Origin: Acidimicrobiia bacterium
GTDB lineage: Bacteria > Actinomycetota > Acidimicrobiia > IMCC26256 > JAGNEX01
Assembly: GCA_020637365.1 (NCBI GenBank)
Contig: JACJWE010000002.1
Coordinates: forward strand, 592,776 to 656,775
DNA length: 64,000 nt
Direction of reading: 5' to 3'
Part shown: positions 49,351 to 57,983 of the stretch, piece after piece
Numbering within the stretch: position 1 is the stretch's first letter
Layout: every line of letters starts with the position of its first letter
The notes under the pieces: model-generated
The model's database searches: none
What the model was told of the DNA's origin: nothing
What the model saw: only the letters and a program-made list of their open reading frames with translations
Translations under genes and position numbers: made by a program

Positions 49351-50171
49351 TATCGCCTCACATCACCGGAGAACCCAGACAGTCCCAGACCGAGGGCAGC
49401 TGCGGCTAATCCGGCGGCCGCCATCATCCAGGATTGAGCGACCAGGGATGAGAACAGCACGTCCCAGGCTGAGTGTGCAGCGTCTCGGTACTGTTCGACG
49501 GTAATCGAATCGACGGTTGCCGAACGCGTGAGGCTGAGCGCGACGAGGGTGAGAATCCCGCAGGTCACGGCACTAAGTCCAAACGCCACCAGAACCTGCG
49601 GGGGCCTCTTGGCGAGGATGCCAGCCACCACAAAACAGCCGAGACTGATCAATATCGATGCCGCCGATGCCGGTCCGGCAAGGTTGTCGAACTTCCATAC
49701 CGGCGGGATCTGGTCCCGATCTGCCAGGACGAGAACACCCACCGATCCAGGATCGGGAAGCACCTCCGCTGCCTGGGGCGATAATGCACGGATTCGATCG
49801 AACGTCGCGGTGACCTCGGGAGCAAGGTTCAAGACGAGCTGGGCGAGATCGTCGTCCATCATCGTGGTGTATGAGGTCTCGACAGCGAGACGAAATGTGC
49901 TGGCAAATGCGGACGACGCAATGATTTCGTCGGTAGCCGATTCAATTTCGTCGTCGTACTTGACGAGATCTGGACGGTCGGAGATGACCTGCTGGGTCAG
50001 AGCGAAAGCCAGACCGTCGGCCACGGGTTGTCGTTCCAACATTTCCGAGGCCAAACGACCGACCTTGTCGGCGCTTGAAAAGTCATTGTTCAGCCAAAAC
50101 AGGGGCCCGGCGGCGAACATGCTGATGAAACCAAGCAGCAGAAACAGCCCCACGAGGGCGCGGCGAAGCAT
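49350..50171 (-). CDS. Hypothetical membrane protein, first gene of the exporter operon
   Basis: An N-terminal TM, a soluble middle region and three or four C-terminal TM helices. Its stop abuts the ATPase start. Confidence 0.5.
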   Translation of the reverse strand: MLRRALVGLFLLLGFISMFAAGPLFWLNNDFSSADKVGRLASEMLERQPVADGLAFALTQQVISDRPDLVKYDDEIESATDEIIASSAFASTFRLAVETSYTTMMDDDLAQLVLNLAPEVTATFDRIRALSPQAAEVLPDPGSVGVLVLADRDQIPPVWKFDNLAGPASAASILISLGCFVVAGILAKRPPQVLVAFGLSAVTCGILTLVALSLTRSATVDSITVEQYRDAAHSAWDVLFSSLVAQSWMMAAAGLAAAALGLGLSGFSGDVRR

Positions 50172-50207
50172 TGCTGCATTGTTGTCCGCCGAAACTCTTC
50201 AGACGAG

Positions 50208-50600
50208 TCAGGCGCTAACGGTACGCATATCTTGACCGCTCCAAAATGCCTTCATGGAGGAGATCAGGCCGTCGTCGGTGATCTCGAAAACGTCGATCGG
50301 GGTCAGCTCGATCGTGGTGTCACCGATCACACTTGCCACGGTAAACATGAAGGCGATCGATGTTCCGCTGACGCGAATAGATTCGGCGTGTGCAGACATG
50401 TTGAGCGAGTCCGCCAAGGCGAGCGATCCGTCGAAGAACGCACCGATCGCCTCCGCACCCACATGAATCGGTGATCCAACCGGGTCTTCAACGGTTGCGT
50501 TGGGAGCGAACAGCGAGAGATAGCCGTCGCGGTTGCGGGTATTCCACGCGTCGATAGATGCGTCGACGATCGACTTGGCGGTGTCGGTGGTCAGAGCCAT
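50208..50600 (-). CDS. NTF2-like/SnoaL-like small protein
   Basis: 130 aa with the pattern IDAWNTRNRDGYLSLFAPNATVEDPVG, typical of SnoaL/ketosteroid-isomerase-like folds. Confidence 0.6.
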   Translation of the reverse strand: MALTTDTAKSIVDASIDAWNTRNRDGYLSLFAPNATVEDPVGSPIHVGAEAIGAFFDGSLALADSLNMSAHAESIRVSGTSIAFMFTVASVIGDTTIELTPIDVFEITDDGLISSMKAFWSGQDMRTVSA

Positions 50601-50840
50601 ATGTTCCCCAGTTCGTGCGTGACTTCAGCACTGTGGCGGATCGCCGGTGCCCGTCCGATCTTCTACCAGGTGTCATACCCTTCCGCTAGACAGGTTGAAC
50701 GTTGCGCTCGGTGAAGCGCCCCCGTCAGTCAACACGCCGTTCACCGTCGCGCGCTTCACCGTCACCGTACGGCGGAGCGCCGCGGTGATGTCGCGGGGTG
50801 CTGAGCATGTCGAATTCCATGAAGGCTGTGGTTCTCAACC

Positions 50841-53800
50841 ATGAACGAGATTAGATGCGGACATTGCGGTGGCGCCCATGCGTCTGTAGCCGAGATTCGG
50901 CAGTGCTCATCGACGTCATCTGCGGTGAGCGACGCGCGCGCTGACCACGACGAGCCGCCACACGACACCGACGCGGACGCTGCTGTTGCAGGTCGCGTCA
51001 GCGCCCGCGGTGGTGCTGAGCGGTCCGCGCAGCGTGCCGTCCCCACGGGGCGCCCAGCGGGCGCCGTGAGCGGACGATCGGGCTCTCAGCCCTCCATGTC
51101 TGGGGTGTTCGATGTGCGCCCGACATCGGGAGCGGTCATCGCGACGAGCTCTGAGGATCCTTGGCGCTGGGCGGGTCCTGATGAACTTGGCCGGGGCGTC
51201 ATCCTCCGGTCCGATCAAGATGTGCCAGAACCTTGGGTTGATGCCCCCGTCGTGGAGCTTCCCGCAGCGTTTGACAAGGGCTTGGCTCGCGCCGTCGCCG
51301 ATCTTCAGGTGGCTTGGAGCACCCGGCAACGGATCGTCGTGCGTCTGGCCGAGGACTCGGTCATCGATGGACAGCTTGCCAGCGGGGGTGAGGTCATGAC
51401 CGTCGAGCCGTGGACGATGGCGCCGACGTTCACGTTTGCGCGAGACCAGCTGGCATTTCTCTTGAGCGCGAATCTGGTCGACGGGCGAGATGGCCGCTTT
51501 ACGTGGCGGTGGGCGGCTCTGGCCATCGATCTCGGCGCAACGCTCGACGGAACCGAACCCGGCCGACGAGAACCTTCCACACATCGACCTGGTACCGCCA
51601 GCGGCGCGGCCGACCAGAGCGAGGGTGGTGACGTCACCGTGGCGGGGGTAGGCCGGGTGTGGTGCGACGGGGGACCGTTTCATCCCACCCCGGTCGAGGA
51701 CATACCCGTGCTGGGCTGGCAGAACATCGAACGCTCTGCGCTGAAACCGTGGGGTTCAAACGCGTCGCCGGGTGATGGGGCAGGTCGGTCCGGCAGCGCT
51801 CAAGCCCCAGAACCGGGCGCGATGCTTGCGCCCGATCAACTTGCTGCGGTGACCCATAGCGGTGGTGCCACCCGGATAGTCGCTCCAGCTGGGTCGGGCA
51901 AAACCCGGGTCCTCACCGAACGCCTCCGACAGCTCGCCGACGTCTGGGGCTATCCCTCAGCGTCGTTGACGGTTGTCGCGTTCAACCGACGTGCCCGCGA
52001 TGAACTGGTTGAACGGACCACCGGTCTCGCAGCGATGCATATCCGTACTCTCAACAGTTTGGGCTTGGCAATCGTCGCGGGCGATCGACCGTTCACCGTC
52101 GGCGAGCGCGGTCCCCGGCCCAGGATGCTGAGCGAGCGAGACCAGCGGGCACTTCTCGATGAACTGGTCGGATTCAAGCGATCGCTCAGTCAAGACCCGG
52201 CCGCGCCATGGTTAGAGGCGCTCCGTGCGGTACGACTGGGTCTCATCAACCCAGAACAGGTCGAAGAGGAGTTCGGGGGAGATGTTGACGGTCTGACCGA
52301 TGTGTTTCCTCGCTATCGCGACCGGCTCAAGGCGATGAATGCGCTCGACTTCGACGAGCAGATCTATGGCGCCGTCGAAATTCTGATGACCGATCCCGAC
52401 AGACGACGCCGAGCCCAGCAGGCGATGCGCATGGTGCTCGTCGACGAGTTCCAAGACCTCACGCCCGCTCATGTGCTGCTGATCCGTCTGTGTGCTGCAC
52501 CCGGTTTTGATGTGTTCGGAGTGGGCGATGATGACCAGACGATCTATGGCTATAACGGGGCCGACCCGAAATGGTTAATCCACTTTGACCAGGTCGCTCC
52601 CGGCGCGGCGTCCCGGGCGCTGACGGTGAACTATCGGTGTCCACCGGGCGTGGTCGACGCGGCGCGGTCGCTGCTCACTTATAACGAGCACCGAGTGGAC
52701 AAAGAAATTTTTGCCACTCCCGGACGGACCGGGAATGAACTCGATGTGGCTGTGCTTGCGGTCGACGACGAAACAGCCGCCACGGTGGATGCAGTGGTCG
52801 AACAATTGACCGAACGTGATCCTGGCGATGTTGCGGTGCTGACCCGGGTCAACGTGACTCTCGCGGCCGTCCAGGTCGCGCTCAGCGTCGCAGGTGTGCC
52901 CGTGGTCAACACCGTCGATTCAGCGGTCCTCAACCGAACCGGTCTGCGGGCCGCTTTGGCGTGGTTGCGGTTAGGGCTCTACCCCGACCAGCTCGATGCC
53001 CGGCTGATCGCCGACGCGGCGCGTCGTCCGTCTAGAGCGTTGTCACCCAAAGTGGTTGAGTGGATGGGGGAACAACGATCGGTGTCGGGTCTGGCGCGAC
53101 TGGCGGGCCGCCTCGATGACAAGTCAGCCGACAAGGTCAAAGGATTCTGCTCGGACCTCGAAGGGCTCGTCGCTGTGTGTCGAGCTGGCTCCGCGTCGGC
53201 AGCCATCGGTCACATTCGCGAAGACATAGGGCTGGGCAGCGCTCTCACGAGCTTGGATCTCAGCCGCCGAGCAGTCGAACGGGCCAGCCATGCCGATGAT
53301 CTCGACGCGTTGCTGGCGTTGGCCAGACTTCATGAGGACCCCGACGACTTCGCCACGTGGCTACGGCAATCGCTTGATGCACCCGGTGTACCGATCGGGT
53401 CAGGTGTTGTCCTGTCAACGATTCACAAGGTCAAGGGACAACAGTGGCCGCACGTGATCGTCCACGGTGTCGACATCGGCCGGTTTCCCCACGCTTTGGC
53501 AGAAGACATCGAAGAGGAACGGCGCGTCTTTCATGTTGCGATGACACGGGCGAGTGAGCGCCTGACCGTCGTTGCGGATCGCGATCTAGCGTCGCCCTTC
53601 ATCGCCGAGATGCGAGGCGAACGGCCGCGCCGCAAACTCGGATCGTCGCGCCCGACTCAGCCACCTTCGGCGAGTGGCGGTCGCTCGCGCGGCACAACGG
53701 GCACCGGTGTCAGGGTTTCGCCGGCAGGAACCAGCAAGCGACGCCGCTCTCAAAGCAAAGGTACGTCCCAACCCGTCTGGTATCCGATCCTTGGCGCAGA

Positions 53801-54155
53801 GGTCCACCACGGCGGGCATCGCGGCACGGTCGAACGGATCACCGATGACGGTGTCGCGATGCGTGTGGGTGAGGCGTTGTTGCGTATCCAATGGACCGCA
53901 GAGATCACCGTTGATGGGACCACGATGTGCCTGGCTCAACCGTCGCGCGACCCGCAGTGGTCCGAACGCGCGCTCGATGAGCTGAAAAGGTGGCGTACCA
54001 AGACAGCTCAGGCCGACTCAGTTCCAGCTTACGTGGTGTTCAATGACGCGACGCTGGGTCAGATCAGCCACGAACTGCCGACAACATTGGACGAACTCGC
54101 CCTATGTCGGGAGTGGGCCCGGCCAAACTCGACCGATATGGCGACGAAGTATTAG
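50841..54155 (+). CDS. UvrD/Rep-family DNA helicase with a roughly 330-aa novel N-terminal region and a C-terminal HRDC domain (3' end frame-disrupted)
   Basis: Helicase motifs APAGSGKTRV, VDEFQDLTP, GDDDQTIYGYNGA, VNYRCP, TIHKVKGQQWP and EERRVFHVAMTRA. The HRDC domain starts at AYVVFNDATLGQIS. The conserved HRDC ending continues in the -1 frame to 54178. Confidence 0.85.
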   Translation: MNEIRCGHCGGAHASVAEIRQCSSTSSAVSDARADHDEPPHDTDADAAVAGRVSARGGAERSAQRAVPTGRPAGAVSGRSGSQPSMSGVFDVRPTSGAVIATSSEDPWRWAGPDELGRGVILRSDQDVPEPWVDAPVVELPAAFDKGLARAVADLQVAWSTRQRIVVRLAEDSVIDGQLASGGEVMTVEPWTMAPTFTFARDQLAFLLSANLVDGRDGRFTWRWAALAIDLGATLDGTEPGRREPSTHRPGTASGAADQSEGGDVTVAGVGRVWCDGGPFHPTPVEDIPVLGWQNIERSALKPWGSNASPGDGAGRSGSAQAPEPGAMLAPDQLAAVTHSGGATRIVAPAGSGKTRVLTERLRQLADVWGYPSASLTVVAFNRRARDELVERTTGLAAMHIRTLNSLGLAIVAGDRPFTVGERGPRPRMLSERDQRALLDELVGFKRSLSQDPAAPWLEALRAVRLGLINPEQVEEEFGGDVDGLTDVFPRYRDRLKAMNALDFDEQIYGAVEILMTDPDRRRRAQQAMRMVLVDEFQDLTPAHVLLIRLCAAPGFDVFGVGDDDQTIYGYNGADPKWLIHFDQVAPGAASRALTVNYRCPPGVVDAARSLLTYNEHRVDKEIFATPGRTGNELDVAVLAVDDETAATVDAVVEQLTERDPGDVAVLTRVNVTLAAVQVALSVAGVPVVNTVDSAVLNRTGLRAALAWLRLGLYPDQLDARLIADAARRPSRALSPKVVEWMGEQRSVSGLARLAGRLDDKSADKVKGFCSDLEGLVAVCRAGSASAAIGHIREDIGLGSALTSLDLSRRAVERASHADDLDALLALARLHEDPDDFATWLRQSLDAPGVPIGSGVVLSTIHKVKGQQWPHVIVHGVDIGRFPHALAEDIEEERRVFHVAMTRASERLTVVADRDLASPFIAEMRGERPRRKLGSSRPTQPPSASGGRSRGTTGTGVRVSPAGTSKRRRSQSKGTSQPVWYPILGAEVHHGGHRGTVERITDDGVAMRVGEALLRIQWTAEITVDGTTMCLAQPSRDPQWSERALDELKRWRTKTAQADSVPAYVVFNDATLGQISHELPTTLDELALCREWARPNSTDMATKY

Positions 54156-54209
54156 GGATTATCAGCGACTCTGAATAGCCACACCGTCGTTGGATGATCC
54201 GCCGGTTCC

Positions 54210-56144
54210 TCAGCCCTCTGCCAGATAACGGGACTTGATCTGATCGACGATCGAAGCGTCAGCGAGGGTCGTGGTGTCCCCAAGCGTCTCATCTTGCGCG
54301 ACGTTACGCAGCAGCCGCCTCATGATCTTGCCGGAACGAGTCTTGGGAAGATCTTCGGTAAACAGCAGCGTCTTGGGCTTTGCGATCGGTCCAATCACCG
54401 TGGCGACATGGTCTCTGACCGAGGCATACAACTCTTCGTTTGCCACAAAACCCGAGCGCAACACAACAAACGCTGCGATCGCCTGGCCGGTGGTCGCGTC
54501 GTTTCGCCCGGTCACAGCGGCTTCTGCCACCGCGGGATGGTCGACGAGGGCAGATTCGACTTCGGTCGTCGAAATCCGGTGACCGGAAATGTTCATGACG
54601 TCATCGACTCGGCCGAGGAGCCAGAAATATCCGTCTTCGTCGCGTTTGGCTCCGTCACCGGCAAAGTACATACCGGGAAAACGCGACCAATATGTCTCTT
54701 TGAAGCGGTCCGGATCGCCCCAAATGCCGCGCAACATCGCCGGCCACGGCTTGTTGAGCACCAAGTACCCACCACCGGGAGCGGGGACGGGATTGCCGTC
54801 ATCGTTGACGATTTCTGCGGAGATCCCTGGGATGGGGACGGTTGCGGAGCCCGGCTTCGTGGTCGTGATCGCCGGCAGGGGCGAGATCATGATCCCTCCC
54901 GTTTCGGTTTGCCACCACGTATCGACGACCGGGCAGGTACCCAACCCGATCACACGGTGATACCACATCCACGCTTCGGGGTTGATGGGTTCACCAACGG
55001 ATCCAAGCAACCGCAGCGAAGACAAATCGCAGCGTTCGGGGTACTGCTCTCCCCATTTCATGAAGGTACGGATCGCGGTTGGTGCGGTGTACAAGATCGT
55101 GACGCCGTAGCGCTCAACGATCGTCCAAAAGCGATCCTTGTCCGGTGTGTCGGGGGTGCCTTCGTAGATGACCGACGTAGCTCCGTTCGTGAGTGGCCCA
55201 TAAACGATGTAGCTGTGCCCGGTAACCCAGCCGATATCGGCGGCACACCAGTACACATCGCTCTCGGCCTTCAGGTCGAAGACGGCGCGATGCGTAAAGG
55301 CCACCTGGGTGAGGTAGCCGCCGGTCGTGTGGACGATGCCTTTGGGGCTCGCGGTCGTCCCCGACGTGTACAACAAGAACAGCAGATCTTCGCTGTCCAT
55401 GGGTTCGGCCGGGCAGTGAGCGGCAGCGTCCTTCATCAGGTCGTGGTACCAGTGGTCCCGACCGTCGACCCAGTCGACAGGGTTCTTGCCCCGCTTGACG
55501 ACGACAACGTCGGTGATCGAGGGTGTCGATTCCAACGCTTCATCTGCAGCGGGTTTCAGCGGAGACACATCACCGCGCCGGAATCCACCGTCGGCGGTGA
55601 TCAGCACCTTGCAGGTCGCGTCGTTGATGCGGTCCGCCAGTGCAGATGACGAAAAGCCGCCGAACACTACTGAATGGGCAGCACCGATCCGGGCGCAGGC
55701 CAACATTGCGACCGGCAGTTCGGGAATCATCGGCATGTAGATCGCGACGCGGTCGCCCTTGGTGACACCTAAGGACTTCAACACATTGGCGAACCGAGAG
55801 ACCTCAGCCAACAGGTCGGAATAGGTAATGGTTCGTGTGTCGCCGGGTTCGCCTTCCCAGTGATAGGCCACACGTTCTCCGTGTCCCGCGTCAACATGAC
55901 GGTCGAGGCAGTTGGTCGATGCATTGAGTTGCCCGCCGATGAACCATTTGGCGAATGGCAGTTCCCATTCGAGGACGGTGCTCCACGGCGTGATCCAGTC
56001 GAGCTCTTTAGCCTGTTCCGCCCAGAAGTTTTCGGGATCTGCCGCCGCCTGGTCGTAGATATCCGGGTCGTTGAACTCTGCATGTTTGACGAAGACCTCG
56101 CCAGGAGGAAAGGTCCGGGTTTCGGCCAAGAGATTCTCGATCAT
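54210..56144 (-). CDS. acs: Acetyl-CoA synthetase (acetate--CoA ligase)
   Basis: N-terminus FPPGEVF..., AMP-binding motif [22 protein letters not shown], and the C-terminal [15 protein letters not shown]. Confidence 0.95.
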   Translation of the reverse strand: MIENLLAETRTFPPGEVFVKHAEFNDPDIYDQAAADPENFWAEQAKELDWITPWSTVLEWELPFAKWFIGGQLNASTNCLDRHVDAGHGERVAYHWEGEPGDTRTITYSDLLAEVSRFANVLKSLGVTKGDRVAIYMPMIPELPVAMLACARIGAAHSVVFGGFSSSALADRINDATCKVLITADGGFRRGDVSPLKPAADEALESTPSITDVVVVKRGKNPVDWVDGRDHWYHDLMKDAAAHCPAEPMDSEDLLFLLYTSGTTASPKGIVHTTGGYLTQVAFTHRAVFDLKAESDVYWCAADIGWVTGHSYIVYGPLTNGATSVIYEGTPDTPDKDRFWTIVERYGVTILYTAPTAIRTFMKWGEQYPERCDLSSLRLLGSVGEPINPEAWMWYHRVIGLGTCPVVDTWWQTETGGIMISPLPAITTTKPGSATVPIPGISAEIVNDDGNPVPAPGGGYLVLNKPWPAMLRGIWGDPDRFKETYWSRFPGMYFAGDGAKRDEDGYFWLLGRVDDVMNISGHRISTTEVESALVDHPAVAEAAVTGRNDATTGQAIAAFVVLRSGFVANEELYASVRDHVATVIGPIAKPKTLLFTEDLPKTRSGKIMRRLLRNVAQDETLGDTTTLADASIVDQIKSRYLAEG

Positions 56145-56158
56145 TGAAGGTCCTCACA

Positions 56159-56190
56159 GGCGTGGCAGAGGTGTGGCGTGGCAGAGGTGT
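56159..56190. repeat. 16-nt perfect tandem duplication in the acs/lipoprotein divergent intergenic region
   Basis: GGCGTGGCAGAGGTGT occurs twice (56159-56174 and 56175-56190), followed by the partial copy GCGTGCC. Confidence 0.85.
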
Positions 56191-56407
56191 GCGTGCCGAC
56201 CGATCGTCGTTTGGTCGACGGCTTTCACACTGCCTTGTAGTCGCCCATCCGTCAACCGATGGCCAACACCAACGTTTCCTTTGCGACGCCACCGACCCGA
56301 CAGCCCTTGCCCTAGTGTCGTCGTCATCGTCGTCGACGACCGTCGACGACCGCCGACGGCAGAGGCGCCGAACTCGTGCGGCAGCGGAACATGTGAGGAC
56401 GCCGGAC

Positions 56408-57808
56408 ATGACAGGTACCAAGCGAGTTGGACGCAAACAGCACATGGTTCGAAACACGCTGCGTTCTGTCCTGGCGCTGAGCGTTGGTCTCTCGTTCTTG
56501 GCGGGATCGCTCGCCGCATGTTCATCACAGGACGATGACACGTCGAGCCCTGCCACGGTTTCCCAGGTTGACCGCGACACGGCCGCTTTATCAGTCGAGG
56601 CCTCTGACGATTCCATGATCGCGACGACAACTGTGGAGCTCGACGCCACCACCGCGACCGCCGCGCAAGACCCATCGTTGGCGCTTTTCGATGTCACGGT
56701 GCCCTCGGGGATCGCGCAGGTATCGATACCGATTCCCGAAGGGTGGGATCGGGACGACGATGGTGCCTTGGCTCCGATCGGCTCTCATAGTTACCTCAAT
56801 GACTTTGCGTTCGAAGGAACCTGTGGCGGTTCCTGTGACCCCGATCAGACGCCGGAACATATGGAGGCTGATCTCGAAGATGTGGTCGCAACGCCAATCG
56901 TCGTGTTCGACCTCGACGACCATCAGTACGAGAGCACGCCCAGGGTGACCGACTCGATCGATGATGGCCTCATCCAGATCCGCCTGATCGAACACACCTA
57001 TCCAAAGGCATTGACCGAGCTCGCTGATTCCTACAGATCGGCTGGCGATGAGAAGGCCGCAGCGGCACCCACGTTCGAGCAATATTCTGAACCGACCTAT
57101 GAGATCTATTGCTTTGCAAGCTTTCCCGATGAGCCGTTTTATGTCTACGGTCATCGAATCGTCGCCGCTGGGGACTGGAAAACCGAATGGAATGTCTTGA
57201 GCCAAGCGTGTGCTGAGACCACTCTCCATCAGGTCAAGGCTGCCGAAACCTTCGATGCTGGTGACGAGGTCACGATCGATACCGACGATTTCGGCGATGT
57301 GCATCAGGTCATCGCGACGATCCCAGCCGGATGGGAGTACGTCGAGGGCGAGGGGATGGTCCCGGTCTCAGGGGGTCCCTATGACGGAGCGCTCAACATG
57401 CGCATCACGGTCGACTGCAACGGATCCTGTGATCCGCAAATGATCCCCGACCAGCTCGACGCCTATCAACAAGACCTGCTGAACCCCCGCAGCTACTTCC
57501 CCGAGGTCGACGGCGACGAAGTGCTATTGCCCGTGACTGTCGTTGACAAGATCAGCGGTGAACATGGTTCGGGTGCGTTCTTGTTGCGCGTCACCAGCCC
57601 TCATGATGGAGTCGGCGACAACTCAGATGCCGAAGGTTCGGAGGACAGCCTTCCCGACCTGGAGTTTGATTGCGCGTCTTGGGACGGCCAGTCGGACCGA
57701 TTCATCGTTATGCGCGCCGATTCCGTTCCCGAATCGGCGCTCGACAGTTTCGAATCGTTCGCCAAAAGCTGCGCGCAGCTCGAGCTCAAACCGATCGAAG
57801 GTCCCTAG
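56408..57808 (+). CDS. Secreted lipoprotein built from two homologous roughly 190-aa Cys-containing domains, function unknown
   Basis: The lipobox LSFLAGSLAACSS follows ATG 56408 or 56444. Both halves share IP.GW ... C.GSCDP ... C.S ... CA motifs. The ORF is open from 56144. Confidence 0.65.
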   Translation: MTGTKRVGRKQHMVRNTLRSVLALSVGLSFLAGSLAACSSQDDDTSSPATVSQVDRDTAALSVEASDDSMIATTTVELDATTATAAQDPSLALFDVTVPSGIAQVSIPIPEGWDRDDDGALAPIGSHSYLNDFAFEGTCGGSCDPDQTPEHMEADLEDVVATPIVVFDLDDHQYESTPRVTDSIDDGLIQIRLIEHTYPKALTELADSYRSAGDEKAAAAPTFEQYSEPTYEIYCFASFPDEPFYVYGHRIVAAGDWKTEWNVLSQACAETTLHQVKAAETFDAGDEVTIDTDDFGDVHQVIATIPAGWEYVEGEGMVPVSGGPYDGALNMRITVDCNGSCDPQMIPDQLDAYQQDLLNPRSYFPEVDGDEVLLPVTVVDKISGEHGSGAFLLRVTSPHDGVGDNSDAEGSEDSLPDLEFDCASWDGQSDRFIVMRADSVPESALDSFESFAKSCAQLELKPIEGP

Positions 57809-57888
57809 TAGGTCGGAGGCTGCGAACTGACTGGACCGATGCTCGGTTGCGTATTTCCCGCTCGTGCAGCTTGCGCTGCGGGCCGCTC

Positions 57889-57924
57889 GGGCCACGGCCC
57901 GGGCTATTCGCCGGGCCTCTTAGC
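57889..57924. repeat. Copy 1 of a 36-nt GC-rich dispersed intergenic repeat
   Basis: GGGCCACGGCCCGGGCTATTCGCCGGGCCTCTTAGC, identical at 31 of 36 positions to the copy at 62400-62435. It contains a 7-bp stem GGCCCGG/CCGGGCC. Confidence 0.75.
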
Positions 57925-57983
57925 GGGTCGGAGGCCAGGAACTGACCTGGGCGCGGCTCACCTGGGCGCCAATGAGCGAGAAC

